From the NCBI GenBank assembly GCA_018238625.1, contig JABCSY010000047.1, forward strand, positions 1-31,436: 31,436 nucleotides of DNA. Direction: 5' to 3'. Below are positions 8,680 through 18,393 of this stretch, piece by piece (position 1 is the stretch's first letter; each line of letters begins with the position of its first letter). Source of the DNA: Promethearchaeota archaeon. Its GTDB lineage: Archaea > Asgardarchaeota > Lokiarchaeia > Sigyniarchaeales > SOKP01. The notes under the pieces are model-generated. The model was not told the DNA's origin. It made no database searches and worked only from the letters and a program-made list of their open reading frames with translations. A program made the translations under genes and the position numbers.

Positions 8680-10212
8680 TTATTTCTCTAATTTTTTTCC
8701 TTTCATAGCTTTTCGAAATTTCTCAAGTTGCTTTCGAGGAGTAACAGTCGGTCTTTCGTATCTTTTCAATTTGGACTTAATTCCAAAAAGGTACTTTGAG
8801 ATATTTTTCAGTTTCTCAAGATCATACCGCATCATCATAGTTATTGTTTCCATTGATGGCGATCCTCCACCATGTAAGCCCGCTACTTGTAATAGGCCCG
8901 CTATCTCGCTCACCGCGAAAGCTTCAATGCCTCTAAAACAGCGTAAAACATTTTCTGGTTTAACTCTTGGATTTCGCTTCATATATTTCATAGCAAGTTC
9001 CCCAACATCTTCAGAGAAGAACGAGCCTTCGTAAGGTAGTGTTGCAATAAGACCGCCAGAAATGTCTGCTAAAACTTTATATTCCTCGTAAATCATTTCT
9101 CCTGCAAGTCTCCTTCCAGCATTGGTTAAAATCTCGTCCGGAACTTGTGTTCCAGAAGGGGCTTTTTCAGAGTGTTTTGCACTAGATTCGCCGGCAGCAA
9201 AAACGAGTTCCGCAGTACCTATAAGGTGAGAAAGTTTGTCTTGAACATGAGACGTTTTTTCAATGCCGTTATATTCTGCAACTAATGCTGCAGCACTCGC
9301 TATAACTTCTGTTATGGCCGGCTTGCAACCAGTATAACTATGGCGGTGATAGTGAGCAAACATAAGTGCTAGAAAGCCAGCGTATGCCGTTTGCCTAGGA
9401 TCTCCATTACCATTTAAAAAAATCCTGTCGTTAGGAACAAAAACATCGTCAAATATAATAAAAGTCTCAGCGTCCCCAAAATTCCCAGCGGGAAATTCCA
9501 TGTGTTCACTTTTTCTAAAGCTAGCAGGTCTCGTTAGTAATTTAACTCCGTCCCAATCTGTAGGCAATGCAAATGCTACGGCGTAATCTTTATCTTTTGG
9601 ACCCATATACCTACAAGGGACTACAATCATCTCATCTGCGTATGGTGTGTTTGTAATGCTTTGTTTACACCCTCTAACAATGATTCCATCTTCTCTCGTT
9701 TCAATAACCCTTAGGTATTGATCTGGGTCTTCTTGTTCGTGTGGTCTCTTCAAACGATCTCCTTTAGCATCAGTTTGAGCCGCACTAGCGACCAAATCGT
9801 TCTCTTGAAAATATTCTAAATACTTCTTAAACCTTTCGTAGTGATCGGTTCCAAGCGCTTGGTCTAACTCGTATGTAATTACAGAAAGAGCGTTTAGAGC
9901 ATCAATACCCATACACCTCTGAATGCACCCCCCTACTCGATGACACAATAATCGCGTCATTAACTGTTTTTTCAAAAGATCCTCTTCGCTCTGATGGATG
10001 TGGCAAAACCGGTTAATCTTTTTTCCAGTTAAATGAGAGGTAACTACACATAAATCTTCATATTCCTCGCTATGAGCGCAGTCATAGGTAACTTTTATGA
10101 TATTTTGACCACCCTGTAATCGAGGGTCATCCCGACCTACTAATTTGTCACCAATGTAAATGTTTGGCTTCATTTTATATAATCGGGCTAAATAATCTTC
10201 AAATGTTTTCAA
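8680..10212 (-). CDS. abfD: 4-hydroxybutyryl-CoA dehydratase/vinylacetyl-CoA isomerase (AbfD/HpaB fold)
   Basis: INRF, CIQRCMG (two Fe-S Cys), AQTDAKGDR, HYHRHSYTGCK (His/Cys ligands), LHGGGSP; TTG start. Confidence 0.85.
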   Translation of the reverse strand: MKTFEDYLARLYKMKPNIYIGDKLVGRDDPRLQGGQNIIKVTYDCAHSEEYEDLCVVTSHLTGKKINRFCHIHQSEEDLLKKQLMTRLLCHRVGGCIQRCMGIDALNALSVITYELDQALGTDHYERFKKYLEYFQENDLVASAAQTDAKGDRLKRPHEQEDPDQYLRVIETREDGIIVRGCKQSITNTPYADEMIVVPCRYMGPKDKDYAVAFALPTDWDGVKLLTRPASFRKSEHMEFPAGNFGDAETFIIFDDVFVPNDRIFLNGNGDPRQTAYAGFLALMFAHYHRHSYTGCKPAITEVIASAAALVAEYNGIEKTSHVQDKLSHLIGTAELVFAAGESSAKHSEKAPSGTQVPDEILTNAGRRLAGEMIYEEYKVLADISGGLIATLPYEGSFFSEDVGELAMKYMKRNPRVKPENVLRCFRGIEAFAVSEIAGLLQVAGLHGGGSPSMETITMMMRYDLEKLKNISKYLFGIKSKLKRYERPTVTPRKQLEKFRKAMKGKKLEK

Positions 10213-10431
10213 TTTTATTTCCTCTTCCTCTTTATATAATATATTTTTAATATGTAAATAATGCTAATTTATAATAGATTGCTCTTCTATTTTAAAGGTT
10301 TCTCTATGGTTTCCTTGTTCTTTATTATATAAAAAACTCCAAAAAACTAATAAATTTTTTATTCAGAAATTCTTATACATTATTCGATGATATAACCTTA
10401 AATAGAAGCATTATATTATAAAAAAAAAGAT

Positions 10432-10821
10432 TTATGAATATTTTTCATAGCTCATACACAGGATAACAATGGCCAATACTACGGCCGCTCCAATGCCTAA
10501 GCCCAAAAATTCTAGGAAAGTACTCATGAATGATGTAGGAGCTAATATAGCAACCACCATGGTATATATTACAATCCCTAATAGAGTTACTGGGATTAAA
10601 GCATAATACCATACCTTTGCGCCAAAATGCTTTCCTAATAGACAAACAATTCCTGGAATTAAAAAAGCCGTCGAACAAAAAAGAAATAATTCCACTAAAA
10701 TAACTATTGCTATTTCTAAGTCAAGTTCTGCGTTTGTACCAAGTTCAGATGCTATAATAATCGACAAAATTATAAAAAACACAAAAAATACTATTCCTGC
10801 AATGCCATCTTTTTTTCCCAT
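10432..10821 (-). CDS. Hypothetical four-TM membrane protein
   Basis: 129 aa with four hydrophobic segments; GGTGA SD-like motif upstream of the ATG. Confidence 0.75.
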   Translation of the reverse strand: MGKKDGIAGIVFFVFFIILSIIIASELGTNAELDLEIAIVILVELFLFCSTAFLIPGIVCLLGKHFGAKVWYYALIPVTLLGIVIYTMVVAILAPTSFMSTFLEFLGLGIGAAVVLAIVILCMSYEKYS

Positions 10822-11033
10822 TTGATATCACCTTCAATTTTAGTTATATGATTAATAGTTATTATCTTCTCTTATCTTAAAAATGTTAAGAAATCGTAGC
10901 TTATGACAAATTAGTCAAATAAGGCTAAAAGATGGAATCCTTAGAAAAATCGAGAACCTTTGCGATTAATAAATTTTTTAATCAAAAAATCTTATTCAAT
11001 ATACAATAATAAATTATTTTTAGTGAAAAAATC

Positions 11034-12197
11034 ATGAATGATAAACCAAAAGGTATTACAGCACCACCAAATCTAGAGGAACTTTCCAATCGTTTAGGAA
11101 AAGTAAGAAACTTGATGTTACAAGAGAATTTGGATTACTATGTGTCATTTGATCCAATTAATATTTATTATTTAACTAATTTTGCTAATAATGTGCACGA
11201 ACGTCCGTTTCTCCTCGTAATAGAAAGGGAAGGAATACCTAAAATGGTGGTTCCCCTCTTAGAAAAAAGCCATGTTGAATCCAGATCTATAGGCGAACTT
11301 GAATTTCATAGTTATTACGAATTCCCAGCGCCCCAAGGAGAAAATTGGTACGATATATACCAAAAACTAATTGAAAAAGAGAAAAAAGTAGGAATTGAGG
11401 CTGCAATGCCATCTGGGATTGCTGAGAAAACGCCTGGAAATAAAGTAATTACAGATATTATTGACGAAGTGCGAATTGTAAAAACAGATTACGAAATCGG
11501 GAGGTCTGTCCATGCGTGTAAAATTATTAATAGAGGACATAAAGAATTGCTTAAAATTTGTCGTCCTGGAGTGCCTGAATTTGCTTTGTATCAGAAAGTC
11601 ACAGGATTCATGACTTCGAAGATTGTTACAGATATACCTGGCGCAAACTTCATCGTTTGTAAAACGGTTGGAGCAGTTTGGCCACCTTCTTTTTCTCACG
11701 ACCCGCATATAATTCCAAAGCTTTTTGCTGAAATGGAGGAGGGAGGTCCACATGTTTCCATAGTATACGCTCAAGTAGATGGTTATGGGGTTGAAATAGA
11801 AAGAACCTTCTTTTTAGAGCATGTTCCAGAAAAGGCTAAGAAACCTTTCGAAGCAATGTTCCAGGCCAGAGAGCTTGCGTATAGCCTTTTAAAACCAGGA
11901 GCAAACATGGGTGAAATAGATACTAAGGTAAGAAAGTTAATAATTAAAAAAGGATATGGCGATTACATAATTCACCGCACTGGACATGGGCTTGGAATCA
12001 CGGGTCACGAGGCGCCGTATTTAGCTGAGGGGTATGATAGACTTCTCGAACCAAATATGTTAATAAGCGTTGAACCTGGTATTTACATTCCCGGAATTGG
12101 AGGTTTTCGTCATTCTGACACTGTCTTAATAACCGATGATGGTTATGTTAAATTAACGAAAGCTCCAGAAGAACTTGATGACCTCATAATTACCTAA
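11034..12197 (+). CDS. Xaa-Pro aminopeptidase/prolidase (M24 family)
   Basis: Creatinase-like N-domain (NIYYLTNF...ERP), then RTF, HRTGHGLGITGHEAP, SVEPGIY..GIGGFRHSDTV. Confidence 0.92.
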   Translation: MNDKPKGITAPPNLEELSNRLGKVRNLMLQENLDYYVSFDPINIYYLTNFANNVHERPFLLVIEREGIPKMVVPLLEKSHVESRSIGELEFHSYYEFPAPQGENWYDIYQKLIEKEKKVGIEAAMPSGIAEKTPGNKVITDIIDEVRIVKTDYEIGRSVHACKIINRGHKELLKICRPGVPEFALYQKVTGFMTSKIVTDIPGANFIVCKTVGAVWPPSFSHDPHIIPKLFAEMEEGGPHVSIVYAQVDGYGVEIERTFFLEHVPEKAKKPFEAMFQARELAYSLLKPGANMGEIDTKVRKLIIKKGYGDYIIHRTGHGLGITGHEAPYLAEGYDRLLEPNMLISVEPGIYIPGIGGFRHSDTVLITDDGYVKLTKAPEELDDLIIT

Positions 12198-12216
12198 TAA
12201 AAAGGATTTTAAAAAA

Positions 12217-12720
12217 TTAAATTTCTTTTTTTATTTGTTCTATAGGTTTTCTTAGAGTCGGTTTTGGAATGTTTCCTTTAATATATCCAAAGGGTAAGAT
12301 TGTTAATAGAAAATCGTCTTTCCCAAGACTAAGTAATTCTTTAGCTTTTTCCCGATCCATTGAACCGATCCAACAAGTCCCTATTCCTAAAGACCAAGCC
12401 ATCAACATCATATTCATTGAAACTAATGTTGTGTCTTGAACGTACCAATTAGGGTTTTCTTTAATTTTTCCAACAATAGCTATGGCGACCGGAGCTCTTT
12501 TCATAAACTTACTATAAACAGCAGATTCTGAAATTTTCTTTAGAAATTCTTTATTTTTAATGATAATAAACTCCCAGGGTTGCTTATTAGACGCACTTGG
12601 TGTCCATCTCCCTGCCTCTAAAATCATTTCAAGATCCTTATCGACGATCATTTTATCGAGAAAGGTTCTGATGCTCCTTCTACTTTTTAAAAACTTTAAA
12701 AATTCTTCGGGATTAATCAT
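12217..12720 (-). CDS. Nitroreductase family protein
   Basis: RRSIRTF, AGRWTPSASNKQPWEF, LGIGTCWIG motifs. Confidence 0.93.
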   Translation of the reverse strand: MINPEEFLKFLKSRRSIRTFLDKMIVDKDLEMILEAGRWTPSASNKQPWEFIIIKNKEFLKKISESAVYSKFMKRAPVAIAIVGKIKENPNWYVQDTTLVSMNMMLMAWSLGIGTCWIGSMDREKAKELLSLGKDDFLLTILPFGYIKGNIPKPTLRKPIEQIKKEI

Positions 12721-12831
12721 TCAATATTTCAACATCTATTACTAATTCTAGTTAAAACTACAAAATCTAAATATCATTTAAATATAATCTTAATGAAATA
12801 TTAATTCTCTAAATGATTGGTTCAAAAATTG

Positions 12832-14091
12832 TTAGGAAGAATCTTCTTTCTTGTCAATGAAATAATCTGAATCAAGATTGGGAAATATCTTTTTTTTTCT
12901 TCCTTCGCTTTTGAAATGAACTAAATTAAGATCTAGTAGCTTTTTAACGTGATATTGGATGGTTTTGTGGTCAACTTTAAAGCGTTTTGTTATAATGCTA
13001 TTCCACAGACCAGGTTCTTTTTCGATCAATTGTAAGACTTCTAGCGTTAATTTGCTCTTACTTAATTGAAGGTCAAGGTTTGAGATGGGATTCTTCTGGT
13101 AATAAGGAAAATACGCTATAAAATTCCCAATGCGCTTTTTCCCAATAACCTTGTAAGTTTCTAATATATCGAGGTGCCACACGAGATTACCAGCCGCAAT
13201 TTCGATTTTTCTTAATAACTCGTTAAAGTGAATACCAGGTTCGTTTAGAATTAAATCAATAATTTTATTCCTATTTTCGTTCTCTAATACGTCTTTTAAG
13301 CTTAACCGATGAGCGCCCTTCTCAATTGGAATCGTTCTAGTTTTTAAGTATTGGAAATAATCTTTTTTGGATATTAAAATAGCAAGCGATGCAATCCCAA
13401 TAGCACCAACTATTAAAATAATTACCCAAAACCAATTATCAAAAACCTCGATAATCTCGAAAAAAGTAATGTAATATTCTGTGTCTGCTTGCAAGTTAAT
13501 AAGAGATCCCTCTAAAGAATATTCAGAATTGGACTCATTTAATTGTTCAATTGTACTGATAACTTCCCACGATTCTTGTGAAGGTTCGTATAAAGCTAAA
13601 GAATAACTATTACTTGGATTAAAACCGTATAGAGAATTTTTAAGACTACTAATAGTCATATTTTCTATCGTTGTGTTAGTATTTATTTGAAAGATGCAAT
13701 CGTACCTGTACTGAAATTGAGCATCTCCTTTTTTTGGTCCTTGAGGTGGTCTAGCCATCCCAAAACTTTGCATAGTTACTTTAGAGGTGATATTTAACGA
13801 AATTGGATTACTATTATTAATAAAAAATAAAGTTTGACGATTTTCAATTCTATTTTCATATTGGATTTCTAAGTCAATAAAAGAATCTGTCGAGATTTCA
13901 AAAATTATATTGTTAGAAAAAATATATTTCACAGATTCATTTGGATAGATTTGATCTTGAGTAGAAAAACCAGGTATATTTTCAGTTCTATGAGATAAAA
14001 CATTAGATATTAAGAAACTAAAATTAATGAAGATTAAAAGTAATATAAGAACGCTGAAAATTGATTTGATCCTTAATTTTAATTTTAACAT
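12832..14091 (-). CDS. Membrane-anchored transcriptional regulator: signal/TM, extracellular beta-rich domain, TM, tandem winged-HTH
   Basis: N-terminal hydrophobic helix; TM WFWVIILIVGAIGIASLAILIS; then ENENRNKIIDLILNEPGIHFNELLR...LVWHLDILE and a second wHTH EPGLWNSII...TIQYHVKKL. Confidence 0.85.
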   Translation of the reverse strand: MLKLKLRIKSIFSVLILLLIFINFSFLISNVLSHRTENIPGFSTQDQIYPNESVKYIFSNNIIFEISTDSFIDLEIQYENRIENRQTLFFINNSNPISLNITSKVTMQSFGMARPPQGPKKGDAQFQYRYDCIFQINTNTTIENMTISSLKNSLYGFNPSNSYSLALYEPSQESWEVISTIEQLNESNSEYSLEGSLINLQADTEYYITFFEIIEVFDNWFWVIILIVGAIGIASLAILISKKDYFQYLKTRTIPIEKGAHRLSLKDVLENENRNKIIDLILNEPGIHFNELLRKIEIAAGNLVWHLDILETYKVIGKKRIGNFIAYFPYYQKNPISNLDLQLSKSKLTLEVLQLIEKEPGLWNSIITKRFKVDHKTIQYHVKKLLDLNLVHFKSEGRKKKIFPNLDSDYFIDKKEDSS

Positions 14092-14177
14092 TTATATAGT
14101 CCATTTATTGATCGTTATAATATTTTAATTAAAAAATTAAAAAAAAATTTGGTTTATAGATATAATTATTTTATTGA

Positions 14178-14861
14178 TTATTTTCTCTTTTTCAAATAGA
14201 TTACTGATCCGATTACTATTAAAGCAACAACGCCACCAATGCTCAATCCAATGATTAAAACTGTGTAGTCAGGTATAAGGATAGTCCACGTTGAAAAATG
14301 AGTCACTTCAGCGGTTAGATAACCATCTTTTATGGATGTTGGAACGCTAACCCATTCTTCCGTTGCTTCGTCGAAATAAGCCCATTGACCTACACGATTT
14401 TCGTTAGTTGCCAATATACTTAATTTCGCTTTAGTGAAAGTACCATTGCATTCTAATTTAACAACAAATCCTTCTTGATATTGAACTCGATTACGATTTC
14501 TAATTTGGTAAGTATAGCCCATTAATAACCCTAATTCTTTTTGTTCCTCCGTACAAGTCATATTCATTAAAAGATCGCCGCTACCTTCAATTTCAAGAGC
14601 AAAATCTTTAGAACCGATTTTTGAAGCTTCACAATCAAAGTTTACATCTAAATTAACGTTAGCGTTAAGTCTTAACTGAGTTCCTGCTCTATATCGAAAC
14701 ATGGTCATAGTGTCAGCATGTACATGGTATTCATATGTATCCCCATTAACTTCAACAGTATCGTCTGGATCGCCAACGGCTACGACATTGAAAGATGTAA
14801 CCGTCGAAACAAGGATCATTAGAAAAATTGTGCCTAAGAGAATTTTACTTAATTTTTTCAT
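14178..14861 (-). CDS. Signal-peptide, single-TM surface protein, probably paralogous to the extracellular domain of 12832-14091
   Basis: Signal peptide; beta-rich domain ending WAYFDEATEEWVSVPT...VTHFSTWTIL; C-terminal TM plus KKRK. Confidence 0.8.
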   Translation of the reverse strand: MKKLSKILLGTIFLMILVSTVTSFNVVAVGDPDDTVEVNGDTYEYHVHADTMTMFRYRAGTQLRLNANVNLDVNFDCEASKIGSKDFALEIEGSGDLLMNMTCTEEQKELGLLMGYTYQIRNRNRVQYQEGFVVKLECNGTFTKAKLSILATNENRVGQWAYFDEATEEWVSVPTSIKDGYLTAEVTHFSTWTILIPDYTVLIIGLSIGGVVALIVIGSVIYLKKRK

Positions 14862-15315
14862 TTTTTTTTTTCACTAAATTGTTTTAATTAAAACAAGAAA
14901 AGGGCATATAAAAAGGATTGAGGAATAAAATTACCCAATTGAAAAGCATAAAAAGTACTTTTAAACTGAATAACTATTCATATATCTGGATGTGAATTAT
15001 TAGCGAGAACGACGCAAGCAAATTTTAAGGATTAAGTATAGTATCAATTACTAGTATTATCCCTTAATTTATTTTTAATCACCATAAATTTTTTTATTCA
15101 TCTTTTTGATTATCTTTAAACATAGTTTTAGGTACTGTACTAAAGTCTCAAAAAATGAAGCTTCTTAATCCTTAAGTTTTAATATTATCGTTTTGAAAAT
15201 ATTATTATATATAAAATATTATAAATAATATTAAAAAGAAATTCAGATTAAATTTATTTCAATTAAATTAATATGAATTTTATTAGATTTTAATTTTAGA
15301 AATGGAGAAAAGCTT

Positions 15316-17571
15316 ATGAGCTTAAAAGAATTTACGAAGGAAATATTCACGAGATATGGATTCTCTGAAGATCAAATTAATGTGTATATCGTCTATCTTA
15401 GAGTCCCAAGAGCAACTTCGTCGGAAGTTTATTTGACCTTAACAGAAAGTCACCCTGAATTGACCTATGAAAGCGTTATTGAGATTACTAATTGGTTGGT
15501 TGAAAAAGGATTTCTCAAAAAGGTAACTGGAATTATTGATAGGTTCATTCCATTAGAACCATACTTCGAACTATACATCGGGGAGTCTAAGATGTTTAGG
15601 GACGAAATTGCTAAAATAAAAGACTCAATTTTGACGGATCAATCAGATCGATTCGAAAGTTTGCAGGCTATTCAAGATAAAAGCATTAATGAAGTAGTAA
15701 CTGCTGTTGACGACCAAATAAAAGCTTTTTTTGAAGATTCAGACACTAAAAACAATAATAAAAGAGATAGAATTAATAGTTCAAGAAACCGGTTTACGGA
15801 TACATCTAAAACATTAGAAGAAAATCTTCATTCTATTATGAATACACTAAATTCAGATATCAAAAATATCTCAGATACTAGAGTAAGAGAAAACGAATCC
15901 ACGGTAAATAAAACAAAGGATAGTTTAACAGGATTAATCTCAGAGTTATTATCTGATTTTTCAAAAAGAGTAGAAGATTTAGAAAGAGAACTGAAAAGGG
16001 ATTTAGATGAACACGTAGATCGCCATAAAACTATCGCAAACGATCTTAAACCTAGAATGGAACAAATTCTTGAAAAATATTTGGAAAGAATGGACAAGAT
16101 AATCGTAGACCTTAAGGGAAGGATTTCAAATCTATTAAAAGAACACTTAAACCACCTTAAGGACACCACCGACACCCTTCAAACTAATCTGAAAGCAACA
16201 GTCGACGAAAGACATAGGACGTTAAATGACCAAACCAATGAATTTAAAGGTATGACGTTAACTTTAATAGATAATCTTTTAGAACACGCTAACAGGTTTA
16301 CAGATTTTTCGGCTGAAATGGGTAAAAAGGGATTTTTTTGGATGGGTAAAAAGAAAAAGTATAAAGCAAGACATGAAACTACGATTCAAAACATTCTCAA
16401 ATATACTGAACCTATGAAAGACGATTTTACAAACACAAGTGAGACATATATAAAAGATACTCGAAGTACTTCGGACAACATGAAAACTGACATCACAGAT
16501 ATTATCACATTAGAAAACGATAATGTCGTAAGCGAAACTAACGATTTAGATCATAAAGCACAAGAGACCATAAATGTACAATTAGAAACGCTTGCGAGCG
16601 ATATGTCGGGAGAGATCGATAGCACTTTACAAAGTGGCGTAAAAGATTGCTCCGATACAACTGTTAAGCTTAAAGATTCGTTAGAGAGCTCGCTTAAAAC
16701 TCACCATAAGCAATACGACGAAGCAATTAATCGACATAAAGAGGAATCATTAAGGCACTATACTGCTTATGACACCGATATTAAAAGAATAAAAGAGGAT
16801 TGGATTAGAGACCTTGATGATAAATTTACTGGCGGAAAAAGAGATAGTTCTGACAAAATTACTGCTGAAATTAACTTGTGGGGCGACGAATCAACAGACT
16901 TAGATAGAAACTTAAGTGAAATGCTTATTGATCATAAGTCTAAATACGAAGAAAATGCGAAAACTTTACAAAATAGTTTATCGAATACTACTCGGGATAC
17001 GACACAAAACGTTAAAGATGCGATCGCCGATTTCACGCTCCACTTTATGAACTCCATTGACGACGCCACAGAGTTAGCCGAAAAGAACGAAAGCAAGCTT
17101 AGTGATATACACAACACTTCAAGTTCAATTCCAGAAATAATGGACATTACGACGTGGCAGATTGTTGGACGAGAGGCTCTAGTTGCAGCTATGAAGGATG
17201 CTATATATAGGGTAAAATCTTCAATTATTATCGTAATGCCCTACGTGCTTCCAGAAATTTTACAAGTTATAAGTGAATACGCTTATCAGAAAAAGGCGGT
17301 AAGATTCATGCTAACCTCGAGATTTGATATGGCAACCTACGGCGATATCATAAAGAAGATGATTGCGCTAGGCAATATCCAATTCCGACAATTAAGTGGA
17401 GCTGGCGAATTCTTTGCGCTAACCAGAGACGCTGAAGAAGTCATCATTGGTCCTGCAACGGAAAAAGAAGGAGAAATGATAAGCGTGGTTTCCAATCAAA
17501 CCGCTTATTCGATTCTCTACTCCCAATTTATAGGTCCAATCTTCCAAGCTAACAGCCGCCCAATAAAGTAA
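15316..17571 (+). CDS. TrmB-like protein: N-terminal wHTH, ~520-aa helical/coiled-coil insert, C-terminal TrmB effector (PLD-like) domain
   Basis: YGFSEDQINVYIVYL...ATSSEV...WLVEKGFL...RFIPLEP (TrmB HTH-like); long Pro-poor charged helical region; TWQIVGREALVAAMKDAIYRVKSSIIIVMP...RDAEEVIIGP C-domain. Confidence 0.78.
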   Translation: MSLKEFTKEIFTRYGFSEDQINVYIVYLRVPRATSSEVYLTLTESHPELTYESVIEITNWLVEKGFLKKVTGIIDRFIPLEPYFELYIGESKMFRDEIAKIKDSILTDQSDRFESLQAIQDKSINEVVTAVDDQIKAFFEDSDTKNNNKRDRINSSRNRFTDTSKTLEENLHSIMNTLNSDIKNISDTRVRENESTVNKTKDSLTGLISELLSDFSKRVEDLERELKRDLDEHVDRHKTIANDLKPRMEQILEKYLERMDKIIVDLKGRISNLLKEHLNHLKDTTDTLQTNLKATVDERHRTLNDQTNEFKGMTLTLIDNLLEHANRFTDFSAEMGKKGFFWMGKKKKYKARHETTIQNILKYTEPMKDDFTNTSETYIKDTRSTSDNMKTDITDIITLENDNVVSETNDLDHKAQETINVQLETLASDMSGEIDSTLQSGVKDCSDTTVKLKDSLESSLKTHHKQYDEAINRHKEESLRHYTAYDTDIKRIKEDWIRDLDDKFTGGKRDSSDKITAEINLWGDESTDLDRNLSEMLIDHKSKYEENAKTLQNSLSNTTRDTTQNVKDAIADFTLHFMNSIDDATELAEKNESKLSDIHNTSSSIPEIMDITTWQIVGREALVAAMKDAIYRVKSSIIIVMPYVLPEILQVISEYAYQKKAVRFMLTSRFDMATYGDIIKKMIALGNIQFRQLSGAGEFFALTRDAEEVIIGPATEKEGEMISVVSNQTAYSILYSQFIGPIFQANSRPIK

Positions 17572-17815
17572 GAGGAGCTTAACCAAAATCCCAAACGGGA
17601 TAAAACTAATACAAGAATTATTTTTTATCTTTCTTTTTTAACATTTTGAATAGATTCTGAACACCTTATTAGTAAATCCTAATCTGGAAAAGAAATTTAA
17701 CAGATCATCAAGTCGATGTTAAAGAGATAGTGACTTGAAATAAGCTTTTCTCATTAAGTTAAGTTATAGTTGGGATAGTAGGTTAAGTAGAGCCTTCTTA
17801 TCTTAAATCGTTAAT

Positions 17816-18208
17816 TTAATCGTATACCCATCTCCTTGTAAAAGATTCTTTTTCTACAAGTTCGAAAAACTCTTTTTCAGATAAATAGGTTGCTTTCTTT
17901 ATTTTATAGCCATCTCCTGTGTCTTCAAGTTCCTTTCTGGCGATATCCCCTAAATAAATGTAATCATCAAAGTCAATAATTTTTTGATCAACCATTTCTC
18001 TTACTATTGATTCTCCATCAGATTGTGTTAATAGCGCCGGCGTTTTATCTGAGTCATTTCCATAGATAAAATAATTAGTCTCAATTGATCCATTTATTAT
18101 TACATGATGTCCGATAAAAATAAGGCACTCGTTTTTTTTACAAAATGATTTAATCTTTTCAGCAGTTTCTTTTGAATATACGAAAAAAATCCAAGACCGT
18201 CTCCCCAT
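17816..18208 (-). CDS. Hypothetical protein
   Basis: 130-aa ATG-started ORF filling the intergenic space; no recognised motif. Confidence 0.65.
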   Translation of the reverse strand: MGRRSWIFFVYSKETAEKIKSFCKKNECLIFIGHHVIINGSIETNYFIYGNDSDKTPALLTQSDGESIVREMVDQKIIDFDDYIYLGDIARKELEDTGDGYKIKKATYLSEKEFFELVEKESFTRRWVYD

Positions 18209-18393
18209 TTTGACTCAATGCCTAATTAATTGATCTGCCGATTTTATCATATATAAATAATTTTAAAAAACCAAAATTACTAATTAAAATTTACATCCAA
18301 AAGCCGTAAAAACCCTTAATGATCTTATTTTTAAGAGTTAGTGGATGTTTTAATATTATTATAGGAAATAAAAAGAGAAAGTAAAATTAAAGA

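Noticed and set aside
15316-17571. SMC/Rad50 annotation for the long coiled-coil protein
   Set aside because: No Walker A/B or ABC signature, no SMC hinge or CxxC hook; the terminal domains are TrmB-like.
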